Shown here: piece by piece, positions 26,161 to 41,442 of the stretch | Layout of the letters: each line of letters opens with the position of its first letter | Position numbering within the stretch: the first letter of the stretch is position 1 | Source of the DNA: the human T2T-CHM13v2.0 reference genome, Homo sapiens | Assembly: GCA_009914755.4 (NCBI GenBank) | Contig: CP068257.2 | Span: 12,896,001-12,960,000 of the forward strand | Direction of reading: 5' to 3' | Length of the DNA stretch: 64,000 nt | Made by a program: the position numbers and the translations under genes | The notes under the pieces: model-generated | Seen by the model: the letters and a program-made list of their open reading frames with translations, nothing else | What the model was told of the DNA's origin: nothing | Database searches by the model: none

Positions 26161-27049
26161 TTTCTCATATTTCTTTTTGAGCCATGTTAGTGTTATCCAG
26201 TACAAAGAAACACACACATGCACACCACCTAGAGACCTATTGTCATGGTTCAAACATCTTAGGATATAGAGATCATGACCAAACAATATTGGAAACTCTT
26301 ACTAAAGTAAGTAGGCTTTATGATTAGTAAACTGGGCATTTTCTTTGATCCTCTGACAGAGGAGATGACTTTTGCTCCTCAATGATTGGGTTGAATGCTA
26401 TGCCAGGTGCCTTCGGTCATACAGAGTGGTATTGACAGAGGGTTTCATGGCTCCTAGAACCACAAGAAAGCCATCCACTAAAACATCTGTACCAGGGAGG
26501 TGTTGTCAGAAGACAGAAAGGAAAATAACAGTAAAGAACATAAAAGAGTAGCCATAAATAAGAGGAAGTTGCACGAGTAAGTCAGGTGAATGGTTTTTAA
26601 TCCGGCTTGGACGGCAAGCTTGAAAAAAAAAAAACACAAAAAATGACCCAGTCCAGAGCATCAGATTTTATTTACATAAATATCAAAAAAAGATTATGTT
26701 AAAATGATAAAAATTATTTAATTTAAAAGCATTTTGTAAAATCTGGAAGATATATGCTAAGTGAACTTGTGGTTTGTTAATACCCTTTGCTTGGGGATTT
26801 TTCTACTCCACAATTTATGAAAAGTCCCAAATATTCTCTAATGGGATTTTTAGCCCAGTCGGTTGGAAAGCACAAAACTATCTCTGGGGATTTATCCACT
26901 GCACCCATTAGAGGCTCTGTACACTCTTCCAGCTGATCATAAAGGCCTTGAGTACTGAGCATTACCAAGGGACACCCAGTCCATTCCTGGCGTCCTGGTG
27001 TCCTTTTTTCTTTTCTGTGTTCTTAGTGTGAGGTCCTAAGGTGATGTGT

Positions 27050-27260
27050 ATGGCAAGAATGGGACTAAGAAGACCTTGACTGAAACCGCAGCTCAGCCCT
27101 GAAACTGACTGACCTTGGGCGAGTTCCTCAATCTCGGTGCCCTGTTGCCTCTCATTTGGAAAATTCAATTGCCTACTTTACAGGATTGTTGTACCTTCTG
27201 GATTTAATAACTTGTGAAAATAATATACATATGAGAGATTCTCAAAAAGACTTCTTGGAT
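27050..27260 (+). mobile_element. MIR SINE (sense, diverged)
   Basis: 'gggactaagaagaccttgactgaaaccgcagctcagccctgaaactgactgaccttgggcgagttcctcaatctcggtgccctgttgcctctcatttggaaaattcaattgcctactttacaggattgttgtaccttctggattt' aligns with MIR ('...ctgccacttactagctgtgtgaccttgggcaagttacttaacctctctgtgcctcagtttcctcatctgtaaaatgggg...'). The ORF 26962..27168(-) is read through this element. Confidence 0.55.
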
Positions 27261-28331
27261 AGGTGAAAATGAAACTGAAAAATCAGAGAATAAAAAATGG
27301 TGTTCCTCTATTCAGAAGTTGTTCTAAAACTTTGGTGAGCATAAAATATCACCTAAGCAGCTTTTGAAATGATGTCCATTCTAGAAATTTTGATTGAGTA
27401 AGTCTGGATTAAGCAAGCATTACTAATCATGGAACCACACATTGGGAAATACCGCTTTAGAACATAGTATTCTATCAAAATTGTAAAACAAATATTGGTT
27501 TTATTTGAAAACATTACATGAAGTGATTCTTTCTTTAATGACATGTCTCTCACTTAAGTGTTCAGGTTTATAAGGCCTCTGATTCTCAATTAGAATGAGT
27601 TCCCTATATCCCCCTCATAAATAGAACTATATCAACCTTTCACATCTAAGCAGCACTGAGCTCTAATAAGTGTGCCACTGTATGACAGCCAAGTGTGGAA
27701 AGGCGACTGGAAAAACACCACATATTATTTCTTGCCTATTTATTTTAAAACTGAGTAATAAAAGGTGTTCAGCATTTTGCCATATAAGGTACTAAGTTCG
27801 GAAATATTTTCACGGGAATCAGGTCTTCCCCCCAGTGATGGCTTAATATAATCCACAAGTACTCTTCATTCCTTCATAAAGTTGATCCATGGATATTTAT
27901 TCATAGAAGAGGTCTTAGTGGTCATCTAGTACTATCCATTTATTTTACAGCTAAAGAAACCCCAGCTAATGTCAGCTGGCTTGTCCTCCAACCCAGAATC
28001 TTCACAAATGAAGAAGTTTCCCTCCCAAGGGAAGCCTAATTAAGAGCCAAGTCTACACTCAGAAAGATTTCTCCACTGAAACTAACTTTGCTATCCAGTG
28101 TTAAAAGGGAATCTAGTGTCTTAAATCATAGTATTAGTAGTAATTCCTTCATGTAAATAAATGCACAACATTTGGGTTAACCTCCTTCATAGTATCTTAC
28201 TGATTGATAATATAAGAAAGCAGGATGACAGATTCATTTCACACAAAAATGCACTCCTTCAAAATAACAAAATTAACCAGAATTCATTTTACTTCAGATC
28301 CTGAAAGTCCAGCATTAAAAAACATTAAAAA

Positions 28332-28630
28332 GGCTAGGCATAGTAGCTTCATGCCTATAATCTCAGCAGTTTGGGAGGCTGGAAAGAGGATCACTTGAAT
28401 CCAGGAGTTCAAGACCAGCCTAGGCAACATAGCAATACCTCATTTCTATTTTAAAAAAAAATAAAAATAGCTAGGCGTGTTGTTGCATGCCTATAGTCCT
28501 GTCTACTTGGGAGGCTGAGGTGGGAGGATGGCTTGAGCCCAGAAGATAGAGGCTGCAGTGAGCTGTGACCGCACTACTGCAGTGCAGCCTGGGCAACAGA
28601 GCAAGACCCTATCTCTAAACAAAAACAAAA
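28332..28630 (+). mobile_element. Alu SINE (sense, older AluJ-like)
   Basis: 'ggctaggcatagtagcttcatgcctataatctcagcagtttgggaggctggaaagaggatcacttgaatccaggagttcaagaccagcctaggcaacatagcaatacctcatttctattttaaaaaaaaataaaaatagctaggcgtgttgttgcatgcctatagtcctgtctacttgggaggctgaggtgggaggatggcttgagcccagaagatagaggctgcagtgagctgtgaccgcactactgcagtgcagcctgggcaacagagcaagaccctatctctaaac'. Confidence 0.85.
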
Positions 28631-31599
28631 TGCATTTAAAAGTTACTTCTTCTGAAAAGATAATTCTCTTCCACATTACACAGTAAAATAAATGAATTCA
28701 TTTTGGCTGACTGCTGTTTTGGGTTATTTCCCCATTTTGCTGTTTTGGGTTATTTCCCCAATTTCCTTAGATGTGTACAAAAAAATTAGTGCTGATGATA
28801 TTTTTAATCTTAACCCTCATCTGCTTTTTTGATAGATTTTTTTCCCAGATTTTTTCTGTTAACCCAAGCCCACACAGCCAGCAAAACTCCCAAGAACTCT
28901 TGCAACCAATTTTTCCTTTTCAATTGTATAAAGCTTTGAAAGTTATTGATTCTGCAAATGTGAAAAATTAACTTATCAAAAAATAGCACACATAAAATGG
29001 GAACTGACCAAAGAAACACAAAGAATATTGTTTTAACTGGAAGTTCTATCATTAACTGCTACAACTACTGTATTCCTGATATGGCTTTTTGCAATATATT
29101 TATCACTATATGGGAACGATTTAATCTGCTCCATAGAGAGAGCAGTAGGAGCTCTCAGTGGCCTCAAAATATGATGGTTCTTACCAAAAACAACGAATCT
29201 AAATTTCTTGCAGATGGTAGGCCTAACTTTTTTTTTTCTAAAAGGAAATAACTCTCCTCTAAAAGTCAAATTTGTTTTTAAAACTGTGGTGTCTTTAACC
29301 ACTTTCCCCCCCCCAGTTTTTCACTTGACACCTTGTCATGAGTTACAGTGGCTTGCATCAATCATTCTGGGTTCACACAGAAAATATTTTGTGGTGGTTG
29401 ACTATCACATGCGAGAAACTAAGTGCCCTTTGCGGGTGACTGCGCAGGTACCTCTGATTTCTTGCCAAATCATTCAGAATGCCGCAAGTCCATTAAATCT
29501 CTCCACAGGGAGGAAAAAGTTCCCGCATTCTAGAGAGAGAATTTATGAGTTCATTTCAATCACCACAAATGAAAGCCACCCTTAATATTCATTAGAGATT
29601 TTACAGTGGCAATATGCATTATCTATTCATATGCCCCTCTAAAAGGCCAATTTCCCTTGAAACCTTGCATGGCTCCAAGCCACTCTTTGTAGAAACAATG
29701 GCCTATGTCCAAGTGGAATCAGGGGAGGCAAATGGATGACATTTCCTTATCCATTGGTAGTAATTCCACTAAGCCACTATGGTGGCTATGAGTTTCTGAG
29801 CTTTAAAAATTAAAGGACAGATTTGGAATGTGCAGTCGTGTCATTGTATCACTTCTCTGCTGTCATCTGTGACCATATGTCCTAAATTGAATAGAGCTTT
29901 TCGGTTGGCATCACAAGAGATGACTTTTGAAACTGACATTTCTTTCATTTGGAGAAATGTATATGTTGGAGACATAATCCTATGAGCCTGAGAGCTTTTC
30001 ATTAATCTCTGTCTTTCTACCACCATAGTTCACGCCACCATCATCTTTCATCTATTTTTCCCTTCAAATCTATTTTCTTCACTGTATGTAGAGTGATCTT
30101 TCCAAAATATCAACTCAAGCCTCATATCCTCAACAAATCAACAAGAAATATCAAAATAAGCCCTTGGCTTAAAACAGTTCTTGCTTAGCTTCCTCATTGC
30201 TTTTAGGGAAGACACAGCAAAACAGCATAACCTGTAAGACCATATGTGGTCTGACTCCTTCCTCAGGCTTACCTTATCCCACATCTCCGTGTTTTCTCTC
30301 CCAGCTATTATGAATTCTCATTGTCCTTATTATCAGTTAGTTAACTCTTCTCTTCCATCACATTTGAACTCTATCATCACTACCCATGAAAGCATTTTCT
30401 GACTCCTCGCCTATTATTGGCCTTCACAGAACCATGTAACAATCATAGCTCTTATCAAAGCTGGCATTTCATGTTTATTTATGTGATTAAATATATTTTT
30501 GTTTCTAATTAGACTATAAGGTTCACAATAATCTGTTTCTACCCAACAGTTTATCCTCCTTAACTGGCATGATGTAAATACTCAAAACAAATTGTTGAGT
30601 AAATGAATAAATCAGTTCTTGATTTTAACGTATCTTGTGCCCTGGATAAAAAATCCTTTCTATGAGTGAGACATGGGCTTCCACTGGGGTTGGGCTTGAG
30701 GTGAGCTGCAATAAAGCCATATTTCTAATCCAATTATTCATCACTATGGTTGTATTTAATAGCTGGGAACCATGAGATGCATAAAGATCTTACACTGAAT
30801 ATTCATAAGGGTTTTTAGAGTGAATTCAACCACTTGCTTTACAACTTCCCAGGAAGGAGAGGGAACATGAATTTCTTTCCTTCATTTTTCATTCTTTCTG
30901 AAAAAGGTGGTTATGACTGAGCGATATATTATGACTTTGAAATAAAATATCATGAAATGCATATGTGATGTGGCTACTATAAAATATATGAGAAGAGTTT
31001 TAAAAAGGTAACATCATTTTACATATGCAAGACACTGTCAATACAGTCACAATTCGGGAGGTCAGAAAAGGGCAACGGTGATGCCAGCATGTGCACTCCA
31101 GCCTCTTCTTCTTTTTGTCTGTTTTCCCCAGTCTCTCACAGGCATGGGGTCAGTAGAGTACCCCCAAGAAGCTAAAAGTAAACTCTCACCCGTTGCTCAC
31201 TGTATACATTTCAGTGAGTTAGCTCCAGCTTTCTTAGTTCCAGGGAGATAATTGGGCAAACTATATGAAATAATCTTAAAAACTACTGGAAACCAGTAAT
31301 GTAAATTCAGTGCAACATTTTCTCGTGTAATACAGAATTGTTGATGGTGACATCCTAATGCAAGAACCTGTCTTTGTCACCATTGTGGCCACACAGCTCA
31401 GGGAAATACCTGATATATCATCGACATTATGCTGTTGTTACTGAATGACAAATAATTAGAAACATATAATAATAAATTATAATTAAATGATAAAAATTTC
31501 CCTTGAAAATAATAGCTTTTCTTCATTAAGTTCCAATTAGGTGTCAGGTACAGTTAAAGATGTTACATACATTATCTAGTCCAATTCTTACTAGAATTC

Positions 31600-31745
31600 C
31601 ACAAAGAAATCTTTGTGTTTTCCATTTGGTAGATAAGAAACTGAAACTCTGAGAAACGAAGTGACTTAACAGTTACACAGACAGTAAATGGTGAGGCCAC
31701 AGTTGAAGTCCAGGCTTATTTGACTCATGGAGTTTCCACCATATG
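31600..31745 (-). mobile_element. MIR SINE fragment (antisense)
   Basis: 'tttggtagataagaaactgaaactctgagaaacgaagtgacttaacagttacacagacagtaaatggtgaggccacagttgaagtccaggcttatttgactc' matches the reverse complement of the MIR core 'ttttacagatgaggaaactgaggcacagagaggttaagtaacttgcccaaggtcacacagctagtaagtggcagagccgggattcgaacccagg'. Confidence 0.55.
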
Positions 31746-31854
31746 CTGCTTCTCTTTACTGCCATGGTTATTTATAGATCTACTGCAAAATTTAAAGACA
31801 ACTTAGTGATGGGAAAAGTCAGGACTAAGAGTTAGGAGGATTATGTTCAGCATC

Positions 31855-31995
31855 AGCTCTGCCATCATGTGCTGTTTGGGATCTCAGGTAATTCACTTAA
31901 TCTTCATGCACCTCAATTTCTCTATCTGTAAAATGGCAGTAATGCTTTGCCTAATTCCTAGAGCTAGTAGAAGAGCAAATGTGAGAAAAGTTATA
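31855..31995 (+). mobile_element. MIR SINE fragment (sense)
   Basis: 'gctctgccatcatgtgctgtttgggatctcaggtaattcacttaatcttcatgcacctcaatttctctatctgtaaaatggcagtaatgctttgcctaattcctagagc' matches the MIR consensus 'gctctgccacttactagctgtgtgaccttgggcaagttacttaacctctctgtgcctcagtttcctcatctgtaaaatggggataataatagtacctacctcatag'. A further antisense MIR-like piece lies at ~32095-32165. Confidence 0.55.
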
Positions 31996-32844
31996 TTGCA
32001 CCTTGAAGGCAGGGTCTCTAATTATCAAGCTGTTAAACCCTTACTTTTAATTAGCCCTTTCACATCCAAGGTGTCATTTCATACTGCAAGCTGGGAGCTG
32101 ATGTCTCCATTTTTATAGATGAGATAAGTAAAGGTAAGTTACTAGCCTAGTCTCAAAAATTACAAAGCCATGATCTTTGCAGAAAAACTTTGGATTATAT
32201 GTAGATTTCAGCTTAAAATCCTGCTCTGCCACCTGCATAAATCGGTTATCCTCTTTGAGCTTCAGATTTCTACATATAAAATAGAAATAATGATACCATG
32301 ATACTGTCTTACTGAATCATAACACAATTAAAAGAATACATAAAATTACCTGAAATAAAGTCAAGTGCTAAGTCAATGGTGACCATGATTATCACAATGT
32401 GTCTCTGTGCTGAAAACAAGATTTCAAAGGCATGAACCACTCAAGGTGGCACCTAGTGTGTATGTGATGATGGGTGGGAGTCAGGGTGATGGTGGCAAAA
32501 GCAGATGTCTCTCTCCAACCAAGCACTCTTTATACCGCACAGACCCTGATCTTCTGCTCCCTTCTACAGTCTTACTTAAACTTCACCCATCCATTTTTTC
32601 AAAGCAGACTTTACTCCTCTGAAATAGCATTTAAAAGGATTTTTAAAGTACTTCTTGTTAGAATGGTGAGAGCTCCTGAGAATGAAAATGGAAATTCTGG
32701 TTCATGAAGAAGTTTCTGTAGCCCTGAAGTGAATTCATATGCATACTTGCTGGTTCTGACTTACATTGTTTAAGTCATGGCTGATGCATCCAGAGACCAT
32801 GAGGGAGAGAGAAAGGAGATGGCATAGAGGAAGTATAGTTGTTC

Positions 32845-32885
32845 AGAAATCAAAACAAAAACAAAAACAAAACCCTAAACCTAAA
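32845..32885. repeat. (CAAAA)n/(CTAAAC)n short simple repeat
   Basis: 'caaaacaaaaacaaaaacaaaaccctaaacctaaacc'. Confidence 0.6.
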
Positions 32886-35800
32886 CCAGCTGAGGTAAAG
32901 GTAAAAAATGTAGAAATACGGCCAACAGGCATCATCTGAAGAAAATTGCTTTGAAAAATTAGAAAGAAACCTTTATATACAAAACTTTTTCTGCACATAT
33001 AATTTATCTTCCTCATTGTATCCTTATGACCCAAACTATTGAAGACAGCAAGGATCTTAAAAATCATTGACATTCTCCTCCATTCCAAAGATGAGGAGGT
33101 AGAAGCCCATGGAGATTAGGCAATTTGATCCAAAGAGATCCTACTATGACAGAGCTAAGCTCATAGCTGACTCTTCTGGCTTTGAGCAGTATTCCCTTAA
33201 GGGTATAACACAGCTTCTAACACACCATGCTACACATGCAAAATATGTCTTTTCTATAGTTTGCTTAGCAGTATTTGAATTATGAACATATTTCTTTGCA
33301 ATAAAAGAAAATTTGGCAACACTTGGAGCATTTGCCAAGGCTCATTATATGTTCTAATGAGCTCCTTCAAATGTTCTAACATTCAGGCTTCTCTCCTGCC
33401 AAAGATTGATGTCCAGCTTTGGTGATTTGCTTCCTTCTGTTGGAGCATGCAAGAGAGGCTCTAAGTAAAAAGGACATTTAGGTCTTTCATGGCTAATAAG
33501 CATATTGGGCCCCCACCTCAGATTGTCCATAATTGTCTTCCTCCTTCTATTTGAGAATCCAGTGAAACGTATTCCAACTGTCTTGTGAAAGCCAAAATGT
33601 AGTTATACTTGATTATCATGGATCTTATTTCATGATCATAGGAACTAATCTAAATTACAAATGTTTTATGATAACTTTAGGAAGATTTTACTATAAGGAA
33701 TATCAATTCAACTTTCTCCTTAATATGATGCCTTTGAGTAAACAAGCACAGAGTGAAAACACATGAAGAGAGAAAAGGAGCAAAATCCTTAGGGTAATTC
33801 ATGAAGAAGAGGGATTCTTGGTTTCCATAACAATTCTATAACTAGATCACAGGACTATTGTTTTCACATATGCATGAAGTTTGTGTAATTGGGAAAAGCC
33901 AAACATCAACCCAAATAATTTGACTGGTTTGAATGCTACATTGCTGTGTCTCAAAAGTCTATTTTAATATTACCTCTATTTATCCTGGGTTTCTAGACTA
34001 ATACTTCACACTTACAGAGAAATTACATTTTCTCATTTTATCTTTATTTTTATTGTAAAATGTTTTATTGGAAAAGACACTTAAACATTTTATGCACATT
34101 TATGATTTACTTCATATTCAACCTAAGGAATTTCCATAAACCTGACATCTTCTACTATTATAATATCTCATATTTTATGTGTTTATTCTACAAGCTCTTC
34201 TTTATCTAATAAAAAATGTGTTTGCATGTCTGGCGAGACCTTTTTTCAGGCTTATTTTATATACAGGTACTACAAAGTGTTTGCCATATTATTGAATTTT
34301 TACACCAAAAATTGCTATTACTTATTCTTCCGTTTTACCGTTTTCTTTTAATAAGATCACGTAAACTCTCTTGTCCACCCCTTCTCCTAACACACATGCA
34401 TACTTCTAAGCTCTCAAGTTCATAGACTGGATGGCTTAGGAGGCACCTTACGTGACTTTGCTAAATGAGTGAATGAATGGATAAATGAATGAATAAGCCA
34501 TGCAGAATCTCCTAATTTTCAAATTCTTCTCTTGGGTAAATGCTGATTCTCCTAGCATCAAATATTAAATTGGTCATAATTAAAATTTCATCATGTAAAA
34601 TTGTCATAATTAATGATTATTTTCTTGCTCACCTTAAGTTTATAAAATTATTTTTAGAATCTTTATTGTCAAGTATATTAATTTTAGCACAGACTGTAGT
34701 GAGTATAGATATGTTTTGGCATTTTTGCATCACATTTTCCTATTTATCTTTTCAAAATTCTCAGTCCAGATTACCATTTATGATGCTTTCTTTTCCATAA
34801 GTGGTCCAAACACATTTGCTGAAACTTTTTACCTTTCCATCCCACAATAATTCCACTGCAAAAAAGTAAATTTAAAGCTGTTCCAACAACTGATTTTTGA
34901 CGTTGGAGATGAAACACAAGGATGTTAAATTATGAGGAATTATGCATTGATAGTTCATAGTCTACCTTCTTCCGGGTGAGTGTGTGAGCTTTCTTCTTAG
35001 TATGTCTTATTATTTACCAGGTCCAAAAATAATACTACTCACCACAAATGGGAACACAGAGGTTTTTTGGCAGGAGCCTAACATCACTAAAGCACAAAGA
35101 AAATGAGAATGGAATCCGTGAATTGTTTTTCCTTTTTCCTAAACCATGTGCCTCCTTACTCACTGTCTTTTTACTGGTCCTCTCTAGCCTTAATTCTTTC
35201 TTTGCATATGTCTATTTTTCAAAGTCTACATCATGGATTCTTACTCATTCACCTACACTTTTAAACTTCACTACTGTTTATCAAATAGGTAGAGAAGAAA
35301 AGAAAGGCCAAAATGAGGAAATAGTATGAAGATGTGAAGATGGAAAAAAATATCATTGTGCTTGATGAAAGGATGATACTCACTTTGTCTGCAGTAAAGA
35401 GTGTGTAAAAAAGACCTGTGTGCATCTGGTTAGAAGGAAGATTAGGTGAATGAGTTTAGATTTGACCCTGTAGGTTGTGGGGGAGGCGTTTAAAGGTTTG
35501 TGAGGGGAGCAGGGACATTATTAGATTTGAGCTTCAGGATCATTAATCAGGGTAGCATTTATCAGTTAGAATAGTCAAGAAAATTAATCTGTTAGATTAA
35601 TCTGATAATGGTGTGTCATGTTGATTGAAGGGGGAAGACCAGGGTCAGAGAGACCGAGGGAGACTGCCAAGGGAGAGAATAGAGAGACAAAATGGAGGAC
35701 AGGCACAGACAGCTTATCCCGGTTAAGCTGTCTGTCTCCAGTTACCTCGTCTGTCTCCCAGAGACCTCTGGTTTTCTTGAGACATATTAAAACTTTTATA

Positions 35801-36354
35801 CAACTCAACAGTGAAGCTGTGTATCCTAAGAGCACTTTCCCATGTCAATAATTAGCATCCACTGCTGCACGTTTGAACTGAAAGAATTGTAAAACCTTTT
35901 GTTACTCTATTTATTGGTGAACATTAGCAGACCACCTGTTCCTCCAACTGAAACAGTTGCGTAAAGAATTTTTCCATCATCCACACGGTTTGTCACCATT
36001 GTGATGAGTTCATACAAGATTCCAAAAAAAGTCTCATACTTGCCTTAGATACCTTTAAGTACAGCTTTGTTTATGTTCTCACCTTCAGATGCTGTATATC
36101 AACTACACTCATTTTTCTTTGATTTTTGTTATATGATTCTGTCTCTCACTATTACAATTTTTCTCACTATACTGTTTGAATTCTTCTGTAAGCAGGTCTC
36201 TGTTCTGTTCTTTTGGGTCTTTGACTTTGCCTCTTCCTGAAAGATCTTTTGTTACTGTCACTTTTTAAACATTTTCACACTATATAAAATGGGTTTGAAA
36301 ATATTTTAGAAATTTGAGAGGAGGAATGGATATTTGCTCCTTGTTTATGTCTAG

Positions 36355-36728
<374 letters not shown>

Positions 36729-37771
36729 CCATTTCTTAATCTTATAAAAATAATTTGTTTATCCTTATAAATCTGAAAAAGTCTCCCAGATTTTGAAAAA
36801 TATATGTGTTATTATAAAAACATATGAAAGGAAGACTTTGTCTCCTTCACAGCCCACAAACTCTATCCTTTCTTACCCTCATTCCCTACCAAGCCTATGG
36901 CTCATTTTCCTCCTTTTGTTAAGATGTTCCATGCTCTTAGCTTACAGAGCTTCGTAAGTACTCTTCAGTTATTCTTCTTATAAATTGATTTGAAACACTT
37001 GGCTTCAAAGATTATTTTTGGTCACCTCGACTATTCCCTTTCTTAAGATGCAGCTGAAATCCCCTCTCAACACCACTCATCTCAGATGTTAGAAAAGATC
37101 ATCATCCTTGGTTTTTCCTTTCCCATTTCTCTTGTGGAGTATACCCTTTCATAAATCTGATCTTTTACCTTTCTCAATTTATATCAATTCCATAATCACA
37201 AATATTTCTTCACTCCCTGATCCCACAGACACTACAAACAACTTAACTTCATGTTAAACATCTCTGTATCTCATTTTCTGTTGACTTCTGTGAAGAGCCC
37301 TTGACAAATAATACATTTCCCTGTCTGATTCCGTTTGTTTATAGTATCTCAACGGAATAAAATGTTCCAATCTTACAGACCTCTGGGTGCTTTGATTTTT
37401 GCAATAAATATTACTTACTATAGATGAATCCCAACACTATTTCACTAAATTTTTCTAATAGATATTAATAACCTTGCTTAACTACTGGGTGTTTTTGGTA
37501 TGCAAAGAGTTACTCAGAGGAAAGAGAGTGAGTAGGACTGAAACCACCTTACAGAGTTGGAATTAGTGGGTGAAAGAGGGTAAGGAGTTTACTCAAGCAC
37601 ACTCTGCCGGCAATGTCGGAGCTGCATTAAATCCATCAGCACCCACCTTGAGAGTGGGAGGCTACAGTGGGCTTAGCAGGAAGCATATCTGGGTGAACAA
37701 GGACTTCCTCAAAGATGAGTTAATTTCAGGCCACCTAAAAACTCTGATGTAATAATAGAATCAAAGACACC

Positions 37772-38018
<247 letters not shown>

Positions 38019-38676
38019 GACACAAGAATGTACTATTCCTAAAATTTTTGAAGTCAAGGAGAAACTAGTGTCCTTGTAGATTAGATTCATTTCCCATGAA
38101 ATGTGGGGTTTAGGCCCAGCTCCATCATATCTGCATATCTTGGCACGTATATTTTTAAAAATATAATCACACTCTTACCCTTTTAAATTGCAAAAATGTC
38201 GCCTCTGACTACCTGCCATTAATAGTAAGTAACATTCATTACAGAAGCACATCTTTTCAAACCCCAACACTGCCTCCTTTACATTCTATAATATGAAAGT
38301 TAAATAACCTAAATAATAACCCTGCAATTACTATTGAAAAAAATACCAGCTATGCTAAAATGAAACTGGATATTTTTCACTTGTTGTTGTTATAGAATAT
38401 ATGTGTAGAATACAAAAATAATAATTTGCACTCATCCAACTTCTTTCACTTTAGTGTCTCAAATCCCGGAGTGTAAGTGGTCTCATTAAGTTTACCAAAC
38501 CAATTTAACTCTAACATGCTCTTGAACCCTCTCTCCAAGTCCACTGAGGCTTTTCTGTCACGAATGCTGAACAATATCATCTGAAATTCTGAGCATTCTG
38601 TAGATATGTTTGACCTTCTGCAGATAAAACTCACTTAATCGTTAAGTTATATATTAAAATAGACAAAACTACCTAA

Positions 38677-39186
<510 letters not shown>

Positions 39187-40639
39187 TAATTCCAGCACAA
39201 GTGGAGTATGGTTAAGTTCCATGAAGATGAGGGCAGTGTAGATATCATTTAGCTCTGTATCTCCAGTGCCTGATATTGTGAATAGCAAATAGTAGGTTGG
39301 CAGGATGTGTTTCATGGATATGGAATGAAAGAATAATGCCCTCAAATAATGTAGAAGTTCAAAGGAAGGAGGGACTACTTCTGCCTGGTGTTACTCAGAA
39401 AAGCTTTCTAGATGATGAAGTATTTGATCTGAGTCTAAGGGATGATGGGATGGGTTCTAACAGAGAGAATTCACATATCAGGCAGAGGCCATCACACTGT
39501 CACAAAGATAGAGGGAAGAAAGTGTGAGACAGCCTTTAGGAATAGCAAATCATTCAGTTTGGCAGTTCGGCATAGGAAATCAATAAGGTGGGGGTAGTGC
39601 ACAGATAAGACTGAAAAATTAGATTGAGTCCAGACTGATGAAATCCAGAAATGCCAAGTTAGGGAGTCCAGATTTTATTCTTGAAGAAAACTCTGACTAT
39701 TTGTGTTCAGATGCCTATACAACAGCTTAGCCACTTGCCAAGGAGTCATCAGCCTTGATCCTGCTTCTGAAGATATCAGAGGGAGTCATCAGAAGCACGT
39801 CCTAATTATATTACCAGCTACTCTCCAAGAAGCTACTCTAAGAGAAAACCTGCAAAGTGCAGCAGTCCCAGAAAAGAAGATGAAGATTAAAGAAGAAGGA
39901 GGATATTTAGAAATGATTAATGTTGGTCAGTTTCATCAGTTCTAAGTCTGTTATCAGATACCTGTTATATTTACTATGGCACTTTGAACACAAGTTACTT
40001 TAATTCTAGTCTTTGCAGACTTAATGCACAAATCTTAAAAGGCAAAAAAAGTTCCAAGAGAAAATATGCCTTTTAAGAGACCTCTAAATATGTTATAAAA
40101 TGTAGCTTCTGTCTAAGAAGAGACTGATTCTTTGAGGAAAATGGTAGAGAGTAGGCTCCCTGGATACACAAAATTGTCCCATTCATTCACTGAAAACACA
40201 CATGACCAGAGGAGCTGTAGGTAAAGTTATAAAACATGCCTTGAGCAATTTACAATGAAATTGAAAAAAAAGTACCACTCTTAAGTACTAGAAGATTTAT
40301 AATATTTGACTTTAGCTTCTTGACTATTTCCATTTTTTAGTTAAGAAAGTTAAGATTAAAAGGTTTAAATAACTTATCCAAGCCCAAAAAAAAAGTAGCA
40401 CAGCCAGAATCCATCCAAATTTGTTTGACTCCAGAGAGCATACTCTTTCTCACGTATCACATAATAGCCTTAGAGTCTGCCCTCGTATATGGAAAACACT
40501 CTAATGTAGTAGCTAAAAGCAGGAGCTCTAGCTAAAAGCAAGACCTAGGTTATAGGTCTTGGCTCTACCTCCTGTTAGCTGTCTGACTTTGCACCTGTTA
40601 CCAACTTTTTGTGCCTCCATTTTCTCAACTGTAAAATGA

Positions 40640-40966
<327 letters not shown>

Positions 40967-41442
40967 AAAAATAATATTTCTTAAGGTAATATTTCATAAT
41001 GTAAGTCCTTACCTTATAGAGTTGATGTGAGATTTAAATGAGATAATACATATAAAATGCTTAGGAAAATGGCAGGCCCAAATAAAATGCTCATTAAAAT
41101 TAGCTATTATTTTTCAGTGAAATTTCATTATAATTGCAATAATTTAGACAGTTCACTTCACATTTTCTTGATCTCAGTCAACACACGAAGTCTTCCTTCA
41201 ATCAAAAAGAAATCCCTGGAAAAATTTTATGCAGTCATTAATTTGTACACAAAGGAATATATGAAATGTTAATATGGGTAAAAGTCACAAGAGTTTGGTT
41301 GCTTTTTGGAAAGACAACTCTTGCTCTGGTAACTTTTCTGAAACTGATAAATTTCACTGATTAGCACTTTTGCTATCTGTTTCTTTCCCGACAGTACAAA
41401 ACCCCAGATAAGATGACACATTTCCGTAGTCTGCAAACTTAC

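Noticed and set aside
26777-27168. Two consecutive minus-strand ORFs in different frames, a possible frameshifted pseudogene
   Set aside because: The distal one (26962..27168) is translation through a MIR element (27050-27260). I see no similarity to any protein family. They are most likely chance ORFs.
29380-29470. Small cluster of 3 CpGs ('atgcgagaaactaagtgccctttgcgggtgactgcgcaggtacc') inside the 125-aa plus-strand ORF 29208..29585
   Set aside because: The cluster is too small and too low in GC to call a CpG island or promoter. The ORF has no splice or initiation context. It might be a conserved element, but the sequence alone shows nothing that supports that.
35706-35734. Perfect 10-bp-stem hairpin 'agacagctta tcccggt taagctgtct'
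   Set aside because: A single 10-bp palindrome is roughly what chance predicts in 64 kb (about 0.5 expected), and I see no flanking conserved structure. It sits in a stretch with overlapping chance ORFs on both strands (35584..35835 -, 35618..35851 +) that I also could not support as coding.
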